Below are positions 12,429-26,089 of a stretch of DNA of 64,000 nucleotides, one piece after another (the stretch's first letter is position 1; each line of letters begins with the position of its first letter). A program made the position numbers and the translations under genes. Below the pieces are notes generated by a model that saw nothing but the letters and a program-made list of their open reading frames with translations, was not told the origin of the DNA and did no database searches. Origin of the DNA: Mobula birostris (Eukaryota); NCBI RefSeq assembly GCF_030028105.1, contig NC_092389.1, forward strand, positions 7,675,180 through 7,739,179, read 5' to 3'.

Positions 12429-13241
12429 CAGTGTTCGCTCTAAGGTGTGCGCATGTGCACACGCACGCATCTTTTGCTGCTAGCGCACAAAGGAATTTAA
12501 ACTGCGCACAAAAGGTTGTCACCCTCTACCTCGTTGGCATATTAAGTATATTTCACAATCTTACACAATCACATTTCCTTTTCTGGTTTCTGATGCAGAC
12601 AGTGTTGACAACGTGGAGTTTGCGATGATTTGTCTGCAGATTTTAGAACAGGCTTATTTATACTGTTTTCTATTGAAGAAATTATTGATTCACTATGTCG
12701 AATTCCAAAGAAGCAAAGGGCATGAAGCGCAAAAGAACTGCGAGTTCATTTAAAGCGGAATGGCTTAATGAAACAGTAGAAACTGCTACCCTGAAAGCTC
12801 ATGAGGTCAGGAACGTACAGCTATGAGAAATATTTATGTACAATACAGAAACTGGTGTTGCCTGTGTGTGTTGTCGTGATGCAAAAGTTGTTCAAGAATT
12901 TGCAGGTGGTAAGAAGTGGAGTGATATTTAGAAACTTGACTTTTTAAAGCATCATTTAGCTAGCAAGTCACATATGGACAGTTTGCAAAAGCTCCGGTGA
13001 TAAAATATTTCATTACCTGCTACAGGCCTGCTATGTATATTTTGTGAGAGTGCAAATGAATGAAAGTGTAAACGATCAAACCCAGAGGAGATCAAAGTTC
13101 TTATTGACAGTGTTTTGCTAGCTATTAAAATGAATACCTCTGTATATAACATTCAGAGCACATGTTGTTGTCACTGGGCAAAAAATTGCACGGCACAAGA
13201 TTTTTGCGCATGCTGGTCATTACAAAATAGAGGGAACGTTG
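12429..13241 (+). mobile_element. Internally deleted hAT (Tip100/ZNF862-like) DNA transposon
   Basis: TIRs cagtgttcgctctaa and tagagggaacgttg; degenerate 8-bp TSD ctcttaac/cttccaac inside a SINE. Broken N-terminal transposase reads MSNSKEAKGMKRKK...AEWLNE...CVCCRDAK...DFLKHHLASKSH (zinc-finger-like). Confidence 0.75.
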
Positions 13242-13292
13242 CTTCCAACCTGCACATTTTTGGGACGTGGGAGGAAGCCACAGTAGAGGTTG

Positions 13293-13565
13293 GGGCACCA
13301 TGGCAGTGTAGCAGTTAGCGCAACGCTATTACAGCTCGAGGCTTCGTTGGAGTTTGGAGTTCAATTGCAATGTCGTCTGCAAGGAGTCTGTATGTACTCC
13401 CCAAGGATTGTGCCAGTTTCCTCCCACAGTTCAAAAACGTACTAGTTAGTAGGTTAATTGGTCGTGTAAATTGTCCCGTGATTAGGCTAGGGTTAATCGG
13501 GAGTTGCTGGGTGGCTCAAAGGGCCAGAAGAGCCTATTTCGTGTTGTATCTCAATAAAAAAAATA
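13293..13565 (+). mobile_element. HE1-like V-SINE
   Basis: tRNA-like head, gtttcctcccacagttcaaaaacg V-domain and tatctcaataaaaaaa tail. A near-equivalent copy lies at 33450-33740. Confidence 0.7.
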
Positions 13566-16386
13566 AATACCAGATCACCAGTGGAAATGCACGCAATCCC
13601 CCACATGGAGAACGTTCAAACTCCGCACAAACAGCACTAGAGCTCAGGCCTGAACCTGGATCACCACAGCTGTGAGGCAGCTCTACTAGCTGCACCACTG
13701 TGCTGTCCCTTTGTGAAATGCGTTGCAATTAGGTTTGAATCAGAATCAGATTCAGGTTTATTATCACTGACATATGTCATGAAATCTGGTGTTTTACAGC
13801 AACAGTACAGTACAGGACATAAAAATTACTAGAACTTACAAAAAAAATAAGTAACACCTCGACCACTTCCTCCATATACCGAACAACCTCTGTGTGAAAA
13901 TTTGCTCCTCAGCTTCCCTTTAAATCTTCCCTCTCATATTAAACCCATGCACGCTTGCTTAGATTCCCCTACCCTGGGGAAAACAAATAATTGATTTTAT
14001 AATTTATTTCTATTTTCTTTTGTCAGAGCTTGCTGTGTCCAAGCTGACAGCTAACATTACTGCATTACAATAGTAACAGAGATTTATTTCCTTTCATTGG
14101 CACAATGGAACATTATGATATTGTAAAAACATCAGAGGAAATGGCTGGCATATCGCTTTACAGCACCAGCAATCAGGGTTCAATGCCTGCCACGGGAGTT
14201 TGTACATTCTCCCCATGACTATGTGGCTTTCCTTCAGGTGCTCCGGTTTCCTCCCACGTCACAATGATGTACCGATTGGTAATTTTTGGGCATGCTATGG
14301 AGGCACTGGGAGCACGGCGACACTTGCAGGCTGCCCCCAGCACGTCCTTGGACTGTGTTGTTTGTTGATGCAAAACAACACATTTCACTGTATCTTTGGA
14401 TGTGTATGTCACAAATAAAGCTAATCTTTAAACAAGTAGAGAACAGAGAGAATAAGGAAAAAATACTGTATCAAGGAATCAAGACAATTACAGTGACATC
14501 GAACTTCCATGCAGTGATACTGTGATCGAAAGGTAATTTGATTTGAGTAGGCTTTGGATATTTTACAATAAGCTAGTACTGGAACACTGTCCTCATCAAC
14601 ACATCGGTAATGGAGCTGTCAAGATGGTTAACAGACTCGAGTATGATGCCAGCTATTCATTTCCGCCTGATAAAGATAGAAGGAAAAAAAGAAGTGAGAG
14701 AGAAAGGAGAAGGAGGAGAGAGAGAAAGAAAGAGGAAAAGAAAGCAAGTTGTTCTATATCACTTCCTCTGTATGAGCTGTAACACTTTCTCCATTAACTA
14801 ACTACTTTTAAAAAGCATTTTTGCCTCTGCTTAACTACTTCTCATTGCTACCATCAGGGAGGAGGCAGAGGAGCCTGAAGACACACACTCAGCGATTTGG
14901 GGACAGCTTCTTGCCTATCACCGAGGACATGCCCTCTTCTCAATGCTGCCATCAAGGAGGAGGTACAGGAGTGTGAAGACACACACTCAGCAACTCAGGA
15001 ACAGCTTCTTCCCCTTTGCCATCAGGTTTCTGAATGGACATTGAAGCCAAGAACACTACCTCACTACTTTTTTTCTCTTTTTGCACTATTTGATTTAACT
15101 TTTTAAATTTATATATATTATTACTGTGATTTACAGTTTTTTTATTATGTATTGCATATCAATAAATTTCATGACATATGCCGGTGATATTAAACCTGAC
15201 TCTGATTCTGACATCCTTCCCGATTTAGCCTTACTGAGGCACAAGCTGTGCTGCACTGAATGATCAGCGAGGCAACTCTTACAGTAACACAAGCCAATGC
15301 AAGCAAATAGAGCCGTATGAATGTCTAGAATTTAACATCTTCACCTTAAGACATAAGACCTGGGAGCAGAATTAGGCCACTCGGCCCATCGAGTCTGCCC
15401 CGCCATTCCATCATAGCCAATCTATTAACCCTCTCAACCCCATTCTCCTGCCTTCCCCTGGCAACCTTTGATGCCCTGGTGAATCAAGAACCTGTCAACC
15501 TCCACCCACTGATAGCCTGCAAGACCCCAGTTGTGATGATTATTCGTACCACTGGACCCAGATGTCTGAGGTCAAGAGAGTGGAACTTCCCTAATGCAAC
15601 AGCTCTTTCCACTTAAAGAACTCTCCCACATAGGTTTCCTGTCATCATCGAATACGTCGGACAACCAACAGCCTGCAAGCAGGTGCTCAGTGCTTAGTAA
15701 CGTGATTAATTATAACTTCTAGATTGGAGAATCCATTGAACATTGGTGACCATTTCCTCCATGCTGCAAGGGTGACAACAAGCTTCCAGTCACCTCTCAC
15801 TTTACTTCTGGCTTTCTGCACGGATCCAATGCTGCCCAATGTAAGCTCAAGCTACACCCCATCCTCCATAGGGGCATATTGCAATCCTTGTGTATCAATA
15901 CTGAATCCAATTATTTCAGATGAACAGCCATTTATATTTCAGTTTCAATGTCTTCCTTTGTTTCTCTTCTGTCTCTAACTGCTAGTATGTATTTAATGAT
16001 TCCCATGAAAATTGGTCTACACCCTACCATAGATATTCTCTCTGTCCTCTGCACCCTTTGCACTTTCTGCTATTTAAAACACAATGTTTTCTCACTTTTC
16101 CTCGCTCTATCTCTCCTTATCCCTCTCCTCTCCCCCCCTCTATTAGTCAGAATGGCAACCAGGATGTGAAAAGAAATATGGAAGAAGCAGATCTTCATGC
16201 CAGTTTGTGTAAATGTAAAATAAGTTATGTAATTTGAAAGGTGATCTAAGATCTCATCTTTGTGATAGTATGGAGAATCTGAATAACATTTATCTTACAA
16301 TTTCAGTAGAGGCCGTCACTCATAGAACATAGACTGTTACAGCACATTACCGGCCCCTCAGCTCATGATGTAAGATCAATCTAACC

Positions 16387-16467
16387 CAGGGGTTCCCAAC
16401 ATGGGGCCCACGGACCCCTTGCTGAATGGTATTGGTCCATGGCATAAAACGAGATTGAGAACCCCTG
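16387..16467. mobile_element. 81-bp hAT (Charlie-like) micro-MITE
   Basis: TIRs caggggttcccaac and gattgagaacccctg; 8-bp TSD atctaacc/acctaacc (7/8 identical). Confidence 0.8.
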
Positions 16468-19400
16468 ACCTAACCTTTTCCTTCCACATAGCCCTCCATT
16501 TTTCTATGAGTAACTGTATTCGTTCCAATCCCATTTATCCGAAATCCTCACTACTCTCCAGAGTTGTCAATATCTTTCAAGACATTTTCTGAGACTTAAA
16601 GAGTTTTGAAAGCTTGAAATATTTTTGAGGTTCAATCATCTTCAAGATCAGCATATATGTTGGAGTGATGACCCTCATCAGAGAGCACCATAAGAAAGCA
16701 AGAAGTGTTCAGCAAAAGAAAGTGATATAAATTAAGCCCCAAAACAAATGAAGGCATCAAAATTCCATTATCTGTGTAGTACTTAAGTCATACTTTCAAT
16801 TACAAGGCACATTAATAACCTGCATGACTATTCATTGATTCTACCTCCAATACATGCATTACCTAACATCTATTCACTGCACTGACAATGCAATTAAAGG
16901 AAAGTTGCCAAAGATTACTTCATGAAATTAACTCTGAATGCTTAGCATATACTGTAATTCAGAGATGATTATGAAGTGTAAAAATGTTTACAACACACTC
17001 AATCCTGTGTTTCTCAGCAAATGGTTTCAACACTGGGAGAGAATCTTTCCAAAGCAGCCCCACCTCTATGACAGAGCACAGACCCCTTCACATCCCCTTT
17101 CAGGCTAAACGGCCTGGTCTCCAATTAGTTTCCACCCATTGTAAATAAATGGCAAAAATGGAGTTGTGTTTATCTTGCCAACAAGCTTGACTACTTTGAC
17201 AAACTGACAACCAAATAGAAGTCCAATGATGTGTTGGACCAGCACTTAGTGAGGTCGATACAAAAGACTGCTGTGGATGTCGTGACAAGGCAAGGGGTAG
17301 ATAATGTGCCGTAAGCTAAGGCAAGAAAGGTCCTTGGGACAATAGCTCTTCTTTGCACAGCAGGAGACCAAAGCCATCTGACTTACCAATGCAAGAGTGC
17401 AAATGGAGGATTCTAGGACGCACTTTATTATTGGCCTTTACCATGTAGATTCTATTGGCTATTAATGCTTGTATTATTGTAGTGTGATTAGTGACCGATT
17501 ATGCAAATAAGGAATCTGAACATTCACAAGGTTAGTAATTGGTCAATATCTCTATCCAACTAGTCAATTTTTATATAAAAACGGCGGTTGTTTGTTCAAA
17601 CCTTAGACCAGCTTGGTGACAGGGGTCACACTGTTCTCCTTGTACACAAGTTAATAAAGTGTGATTGAGGAACAAGTATATGTTTTCAGAGCCCAATTAA
17701 GCAGTGACACTATAAATATTCTAGAGGTTCTTTCCAAGGTGACTACAGATTCAAGTTTAACATAAATGACCTTAATACTGCAACTCAATGGAAAGTGATC
17801 AAGTCTTCAAGGATACCAAACTTGAAGAAACATGACATCAGAACAGCATTTCTGAAATCAGCCTAATGCCTTCGGACAAGCGTAAACAATGCCCTTCAAT
17901 GTTATTTCAATTGCTTGTGATGTTGTTGGCCACAGGAATAACAGAGTTCTAATGGAACCATATGTGATGTGCAAGAGTTTTATCTCTGGGTTATGATGGA
18001 CAAAATTATGCCTTCTGTTCAACATGGAGGGCTATTAAAAGCTTACCTTTAATCACTTAACTTAAATTAACCTTATTCTAGTATCCATCCCATCAGTGAA
18101 ATAAATATTGTGAGAATAGGATGCATAACTTTAAAGGGAACAAGTTGTGAGCTCTTCCTCATCCCACTCACATAAAGCAAATTGCTGGGAATAAAAATAA
18201 ACCTCTACGGTTCCAGTTTACGAGAAATAATGATGGCAAGGGAAAAATTAACAAACCAGACTTAGAATCACTGGTAGAGAATTAGACCAGGAATCATAAA
18301 CATCTGCATTAGCAACTCTGAGATCATTCAATGTCATTACAAATGTTTGACATGGTACCGGCTATTCATGAATTTAAGGCTGAATGGTGTTAGCATTAGT
18401 TCTGAGCACAATAGAGAAAATGGGCTCTGATCCAGGAAGCTTATGATTTACATCATTTCTATAGTGTAACCATCCTTTGCTGGCTACATTTTGCTGGGTT
18501 AGTAAGATTAATCGATCAAACAATAGCCATATAACTTTGATCATGAATTCCATTTCAGCAGCTCATGGTGATCTTTCTGCTGTAAAGTGACAGGCTTGAT
18601 GTGACTCCTTCCTTTTCCATCAACATCAACAGTTATATGTTTTTATGTATTGCTCTGTGGGGGTGGTGTGGAGGACGAGCAGTCTATAGGATCCTACAGC
18701 CTCGGGGCATTGGGCCCTATGGAAGTTTCACAGTTTAAAGATCAACACAAGTGGTGTTAACAGAATGTATTCAATTGATGGTATAATGAAAGTAAAGAAA
18801 GACATTTTCCCTGGGCGACATGGTTGTGTAGAGGTTAACGTAACGCTTTACTGTACCAGTGATCGAAAGATCGAGGTTACCTCCCACTGCTGTCTGTAAG
18901 GAGTTTGTACGTTCTCCCCGTGACTGTGTGGGTTTTCTCTGAGTGTTCCAGTTTCCTCTCGCATTCCAAGGATATATGGCTAGGGTTAGTAAGTTGTGGG
19001 CATGCTATGTTGGTACCAAAAGCATGATGATACTTGCAGGCTGCCCCCAGCACATCCTCAGACCTTGTTGGTCGTTGATGCAAAACAACGCATTTCTCTA
19101 TATTTTGATAATTCAATATACATGTGAAAAAATAATGCTAATCTTTATCTTTATTTCCTGATTGTATTTACTATACATTATCAATAAAGTATATTTTAGA
19201 AAACAAATTGCAAGGCATCTCACAAGATTTGATCATGACACACACAAAGAGCTACTAGGATTGGTGTTTAAAACTTTGGTTAAAAGTTATTTATTTGAGG
19301 GACTATTTTTGCAGGAGGATCAAAAGATAGAGGTGGAGAGGTTTAGGATAAATTACCAGAGGTGAGAATTCAGACTGATGAAGATATAGCTGCCAATAGC

Positions 19401-20084
19401 ATGACAAAGTCAATCAGCTAAGTGCATGAAAACAGAATGAGGGAATGCAGACCCCCTGATAGTTGTAGGACAAGAGATATTTGAAGAGGGGTGAGGCTGG
19501 GAAGTGTCTTGAAAAGAAAAGAATCAATAAGTCCAGCTTGCAACTCATTGGTTGACATCAAGTGGTACCATCAAGTTAACTTACACCAAGCTGAGTGAGA
19601 TTTATTTTTATTCATTAACTTTGAATGAATTATTAGTTGGTTTTGATCATACTAGATAATTCTAATTCATTTTAAATGCAGAGTTTTGGTTCTTCAATGA
19701 CCATCAAGAAATGTTCTTGACTTACAGTAAAGATTTTGCAGATGCTGGAGATCTAGAGGGACACATGCAAATTGCTGGAGGACCTCAGCAGGTCAGGCAG
19801 CATCTATGGAATTGACACTTCAGATCCTTATGAAGGATCTTGGCCAGAAGTGTTGGCTCTTTATTCCTCTCCATAGATGCTGCCTGACCTGCTGAGGTCC
19901 TCCAGCATTTTGTGAATGTTATTAGCTATTTTGATTAACCAACAATATGTTAGTTCCTGACTGAAGGATGAGCCAGTCTAAAAGGCAGACCTTTGAGATC
20001 CTGCAGTCAATTGGCCAACATTTTGTATTTGATGCTTATTATTGGAAAGAAGCATTAAATTTCTAAAACCCATCACAGTCTTAG

Positions 20085-20400
20085 AATATCAAAGCACTTT
20101 ACAGTCAGTGATGGACTTTAGAAATGTATTTCCTGTCACAACACAGGGAACTTAATAGCCACTTTCAGCACAGCAAAGTGAGGAGGAGAATGGTGTTGCT
20201 TGGTTGAAGGATAAATAATTGTGAGGATTGTGAGAAGGTCTTCTTTGAATAGTTGCCCCAAGAGGGCTTCATTTGAATGTGTCATCTAAAAGATGGCATC
20301 CCTGACAATGTGACAATCTCTCAGTACTGCATGAGAGTCTTAACGTAGATATTTTACTCAAGTGGAATATGAACCTATGATTAAATATAAGATTCAGTGT
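20085..20400 (-). mobile_element. Deu-domain SINE (SacSINE1/AmnSINE-like), degraded
   Basis: Reverse Deu-type core and L2-type tail. Further copies lie at about 51003-51390 (-), 56773-56950 (+), 57380-57570 (-) and 62140-62440 (-). Confidence 0.6.
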
Positions 20401-21061
20401 TAGGGCATTTGTTTCTGACTGAGGAGATCGAGGGCTTTGGCCAGATTTCAGGACACCAGGGTTGACACTCCATACAAGCTAAGGTAATAGACTCAGTATT
20501 TTAACTTGAGCAAAACCGGTTGGTTGAAGGAGGTAAATTACTACCCAGGTTTGACGCTGAACATGGCACCCACTGGGTGTTTAGCAATGAAACATTTCCT
20601 TTTAAATCATGGCCTGGTGTGGTTACACCTCAATGAGTAAAATGTGATGAATGTACTCGAGAGTGACAAGTGCAGCTGCAGACTCACACTGACCTTTACA
20701 ACATGGCACACGAGGTGGACTCTGTGTCCAGTCATGTCACATTTGGTATGATGTTACATTGTCCTTTTAACTGGCACAAATTTCAACCAATTTGTTGGTA
20801 ATGAGCTCAACACTTCATCTCATCATTGACTTTGTGTTTTTTTGTTGGGGTGGGAGAGTGCAGTAATAAACACAACCACTGGTCCCTTTGCAGGGATGTG
20901 CACAACATAATGAATGGCAGTAAGCCATGTGTATATCATAGAGCAGGACAACACAGAAACAGGCCCTTCACCTACGTTGACCATGATGCCATTCCAAGCT
21001 AATTCCACCTGTCTGCACATGGTCTATATCCTGTCTGTTCACGTACCTTTCTAAATGCCTC

Positions 21062-21868
21062 TGAAGTACAGGGCTACGGTAGGAAACTTTGTCACATGGT
21101 GTGAGCAGAATTATCTGCAGCTTAATGTGAAAAAGACTAAGGAGCTGGTGGTAGACCTGAGCAGAGCTAAGGTACCGGTGACCCCTGTTTCCATCCAGGG
21201 GGTCAATGTGGACATGGTGGAGGATTACAAATACCTGGGGATACGAATTGACAATAAACTGGACTGGTCAAAGAACACTGAGGCTGTCTACAAGAAGGGT
21301 CAGAGCCGTCTCTATTTCCTGAGGAGACTGAGGTCCTTTAACATCTGTTGGACGATGCTGAGGATGTTCGATGAGTCTGTGGTGGCCAGTGCGATCATAT
21401 TTGCTGTTGTGTGCTGGGGCAGCAGGCTGAGGGTAGCAGACACCAACAGAATCAACAAACTCATTCGTAAGGCCAGTGATGTTGTGGGGATGGAACTGGA
21501 CTCTCTGACGGTGGTGTCTGAAAGGAGGATGCTGCCCAAGTTGCATGCCATCTTGGACAATGTCTCCCATCCACTACACAATGTACTGGGTGGGCACAGG
21601 AGTACATTCAGCCAGAGACTCATTCCACCGAGATGCAACACAGAGCGTCATAGGAAGTCATTCCTGCCTGTGGCCATCAAACTTTACAACTCCTCCCTTG
21701 GAGACTCAGACACCCTGAGCCAATAAGCTGGTCCTGGACTTATTTCCTGGCATAATTTACATATTACTATTTAATTATTTATGGTTTTATTACTATTTAA
21801 TTAATTATGGTGCAACTATAACAAAAACCAATTTCCCCCGGGATCAATAAAGTATGACAATGACTATG
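21062..21868 (+). mobile_element. Rex1/Babar LINE, 5'-truncated, with open RT C-terminus
   Basis: ORF 21055-21726 reads WCEQNYLQLNVKKTKELVVD...YKYLGIRIDNKLDW...RLYFLRRLRSF. It ends in gggatcaataaagtatgacaatgactatg. A close copy lies at 61233-61609 (-). Confidence 0.88.
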
Positions 21869-21884
21869 TAAGCATTACTATTGT

Positions 21885-22915
21885 ATCCGTTTCCTCCAGT
21901 TTCCCTGGCAGAGCATTCTAGGTATCTACCAATGTCTGTATTTTTAAAAAAACTTACCTTGTAAATCTCCTTTAAACTCTCCCCTCTCATCTTAAAGCTA
22001 TGCCCTCTAGTATTTTATATTTCAGTTCTGGGAAAAGGTCTCTATCTACCCTCTCTATATCTCTCAATTTTATAACTTCTACCAGATCTACCAGCCTCTG
22101 GTGCTCCAGAGAAAACAAGTTTGTCACTTGCTCCAGATTCCAGCATTCGTACTTTCTAGCATCTCCAAGTTTGGCCAGCCTCTCCTTATGGATAACCAGG
22201 CAACATCCTAATGAACCTTTGCTGCACCCTCTCCAAAGCCGGCACATAATCTAATGCAGCAACCAGAGGTACACGTAATACTTCAAAAGTGGCCTAACCA
22301 AAGTTTTATACAATTTTAGTGTGATACAGACTGACAAATGAGGGTAAGTATGTCGTACACATTCATTACCACCCTATCTGTTTACGTTGCCACCTTCAGA
22401 GAGCTATGGACTTTCACCCCAAGATCTCTCTGTACATCAATGCTCCCAATGCCAATTACCGCATACATTCCTCTTGTCTGTGACCTCCCAATGTACAACA
22501 TTTCCAACTGGTCTTTCTCCTGTTGAATCCTTTGACAACTTCCCTCATGATCCCCAACTCTGATCGTTTTTGTGTCACTTCAAATTTACTAATCAGCCCA
22601 CGTACTTTTTCATCCATATCATGGGGGTGTCATTTAGTCTGGACAGCAGTGTTGTTTGTGATGACCCTTGCAGAACCCTAATGTTGGTCATTGACTTCCA
22701 GACAGAATAACACCCCTCCACCACAACACTCTGTTTTCTGTAACCAAGCCAATTTTAAGACCTGTCTACTAAGTCTCCATGGATCCCATGTGTCTTAATC
22801 TTATGGATCAGCCTATCATAAGGAACCTTGTCAAAAGCTTTACTACCTGCCATGTATAAAATCCACTGCTCTACCTCCATCAATCACCTCCATCACCTTC
22901 TCAAAAACTTAGTCA
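21885..22915 (-). mobile_element. Degraded CR1 LINE ORF2 fragment
   Basis: Reverse-strand CR1-type RT and 3' sequence with many stops. Confidence 0.65.
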
Positions 22916-24192
22916 AGTCCTCAGCTGGAACTGAATCTTGGACTGGGTTTGTGTCTTTTAATTGACCAATATGTGTATTATCTCACAATTGGCCTGATAT
23001 GTGACTAATGCATCCTGGGGTGGTACAGTAGCATTGCGGTTAGCACAATTGCTTTATAGCGCCAGCGATCACCGATCAGGGTTCAATTCCCACTGCTGTC
23101 GGTGAGGAGTTTCCAACTTCTCCACGTGACTGCGTGAGTTTCCTCCCGCTTTTCAAAGATGTATGGTTAAGGGTAGTGAGTTGTGGGCACGCTATGTTGC
23201 CACCGGAAGTGCTGCAAACATTGTGGGCTGCCCCCAGCACAAGCCTATGCTGGTTGTTGATGCAAAATGGTGTATTCCACTGTATGTTTCAGTGTACATA
23301 TGACAAATAAAGCTAATCTTTAGTGTATAACTGGGTTAATGCACCATTCATTTCTCTACTTTAGTACAAGAGGATGATGGGCAAGCACATTAATGCTCTG
23401 TAGTACAGATGTACTGTTAAGCATATGTATTATTGAGGCAGAGTTTTTTAAAATGCAGCTGCTTGAAATCTTAAATAAGACCAGAAAATGCTGGAATCAT
23501 TCATCAAATCAAACTGCTGTAGAGGAAGGAGGAGCAGAGTTAACCACTCTTATTAGGTGCTCTTTGCGTCCAATTGAAATGGATTTTCTGTCCCAGGTGC
23601 TGCCTGAGTTGCTGAGCGTTTACTGCGTTTCCTGCTTTTCCTACACCATTGGGTTGGTGTACTATTGCGCCCGTGCACAACAGTGCGAGTGTGTGATTGT
23701 ACTAGTATACATTCCTAAAACTGCTTCAATAAACTGGACTGAAAGTCTTCAGCAAAAGTGGTTCAGTGAATCAAATTTCTTTTGTAAAGGAACAAGGTAA
23801 ATCAGGATTATTTACTTCAGCCCATCACCCCTACCAGGGCATAGGCCGCCAACAGCAGCTCACCAGAGTCCTCTATCCTGAGTCAGTCTGTCAGGTTGTC
23901 ACCAGATGTAATCCATCTTCTCCTTCCTCTCCCAGGGATGAAGCCTTTGGAGCTTCCGTTGGCATTTCTGTAGTACTGGGTTTTTATGGGATGGGGTTGC
24001 TACCCCATGCCCAACCCCTCCTCCTTTCACAGCCGAGCTTGAGACTGCCTTTGGTGGAGTTACTGTATGTCAGGATCCCTCCGCCTGAGTTCTGGAACAT
24101 CCTGGAATTCTACTGAGTTAAAGCAATATAAATTAGCGAGAGAGATGGAAAGCTCAGAGGGGTCTGACTTGAATGTGTGTTTATAATTTAAT

Positions 24193-24764
24193 AATAATGG
24201 GGTGTATGGGGTGTCAGGGAGGGGTAGCACCTCTGGTGGGGGAACATGTCGCGTCCTTTTCAAGGCAGTTAGTCCACCTTTGGTCCCCACCTGGCACTCA
24301 GCTCTCACCTGTGGCTCTCCGTAACTGTTTGCATGCGACAGCGGCCATACCCCGGGCAACGGCTTCGACAAGCCGGCTAAACCAGGTGAGGGTAGCCGAC
24401 GGGTCTCAAACCCTCGGTGAGATAGGGAGTTGTCTATCCCAGCATGTGAAGACAGACTCCGGCGGATTGAGCGGACGAGACCAATGGAAGGTCCAACGGT
24501 CAAGAAGGCGGTCTCTGCAAGCGTCGTGGAACGTGTAAAGCACGACAAGACACAGAAGACGTCCTGGTCATCCACTGCGCCTAGTCCCATCTCCAGCCGT
24601 CTAGACTCTGTCTTGCCACTGGATCCAGATGGGAATTGGGAAGAGAGAGTGAGGCTGACGCTGCGCAACTTTCCCTCACTTAAATCCAAATCACGCGCTA
24701 GTCTCGACACCATCATCATCATAATGGTGTCGAGGTCCTCATCGACGTCGACAATAGATGAACA
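24193..24764. mobile_element. 572-bp CpG-rich SINE-like retroposon, family unassigned
   Basis: Flanked by a perfect 10-bp direct repeat ataatttaat (24183-24192 and 24765-24774), with structured ends. A related 3' portion lies at about 15505-15670. Confidence 0.65.
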
Positions 24765-25324
24765 ATAATTTAATTATACGAGGCAGCAACAGTGTCTTTT
24801 CCTCTAATATGTTTTAATACCAAATTCAAAGACATCATTCTTTATGTTCTGGATGGATTGCAGCATTATTAAATTTAGGATGGACATTCTGAATAAACAC
24901 TTATTTTTATTCACCCTAAATGCTGTTTCAAATAAACTTGATAAAGCAGTGAGACTGTTATCTAGTTCAATCTTTTCTTGAATATTTTTCATTTCTGGTA
25001 TTTACTCTAAGAACTCTGCTGATGACCAGTGAAGATTAAATCTGCTCAGTCTGTTGACATCTGTTTATTGCATAGAATAAGAAAGAAAAATCTTGTTTCA
25101 TTACCTGAAGCAGGAAAGGAAATGCTATTAACTAATTTTCAGAATCTATTAGTAAAAATATACTTGATAGGCATCAAGAAATCTCTTGCAAACTTGCTTA
25201 TAATATTTTCCAGCAAAAATCTATGTTCTTCCACAATGCCATTTTAAATAAATTATTATTACTAATATTTTGCTTAAAATATGTATTTTGATACTCCTCC
25301 ATATGATTCATTCGGCAGCTATGG

Positions 25325-25578
25325 TCCATTCGGGTGGCATGGTGGAGTACGTGTCTACCAAAGGAGGTGTAGGTGCTCCCTTTCCTCTGCTAGCCTGCAG
25401 GTCAACCTTGGGCAAAGTGTAGCACCTGCTTAGTTTCCCACCCCCTCACCCCCCCCCCCCCCATCAGGGTCATGTGAAACCACGGGAGAAGATGACGGGT
25501 GATCGTATGAGCAGTTGGTGCATATCACAAGTCCTGGTTACGCAACCATTGACGCTAAGTGGACAATCTCTGAAAAGT
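25325..25578 (+). mobile_element. RTE/BovA-related SINE 5' fragment
   Basis: gctagcctgcaggtcaaccttgggcaa...gtgcatatcacaagtcctggttacgcaacc...acaatctctgaa recalls an RTE-partnered SINE family; identified from recall only. Confidence 0.45.
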
Positions 25579-25604
25579 TGTCATGAGTGACTCATTATCT
25601 GGTA

Positions 25605-25950
25605 CTCCACCCTCTTCATGGCACAAGTGAAAAGTGTATTGGAACATTCTCCACTTGCCCGGATCAATGCATCTCCAGCAACGCCACAGGAACTCCACAC
25701 CACCTGGGCCAAAGCAATCCACCTGATTAGGACTCCATCCACCCCATTAAACATTCATCTTATCTACTTCCAATGCACAGTGACTGTAGTTGCTATCATT
25801 TACAAAATGTGCTCTGGTTATTTACCGAGCTTTCTCCGACAGGACTCCCAGACCTGCAAGCTCTATTACAAAGAAAGGCAAGAACAGCGAGCATGTGGGA
25901 ATATAGTTATTGCCCTAGAGATGGTAGCTCACCAACTGACAATGACCACT
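25605..25950 (+). mobile_element. CR1/Jockey-group LINE 3' ORF2 fragment
   Basis: AQVKSVLEHSPLA...IIYKMC...LRQ resembles the RT thumb/C-terminal region of a common shark LINE. A matching 3'UTR type occurs reversed near 3815 and 8258. Confidence 0.55.
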
Positions 25951-26089
25951 GGCCTTGTCGGCAGCACCCACATCCCAGAAACGAATATATAAATGTTAAT
26001 GAATATAAAAACCAGCTAGATGCAACATCCAACCCACTGTTTATTATTTCTTGGGAATCAGTTAAATCAAAACATAATGCACAACTTAA

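Noticed and set aside
24060-24768. 220-aa minus ORF and overlapping plus ORFs
   Set aside because: No recognisable domain; they lie within a GC-rich retroposon where long open frames arise by chance.
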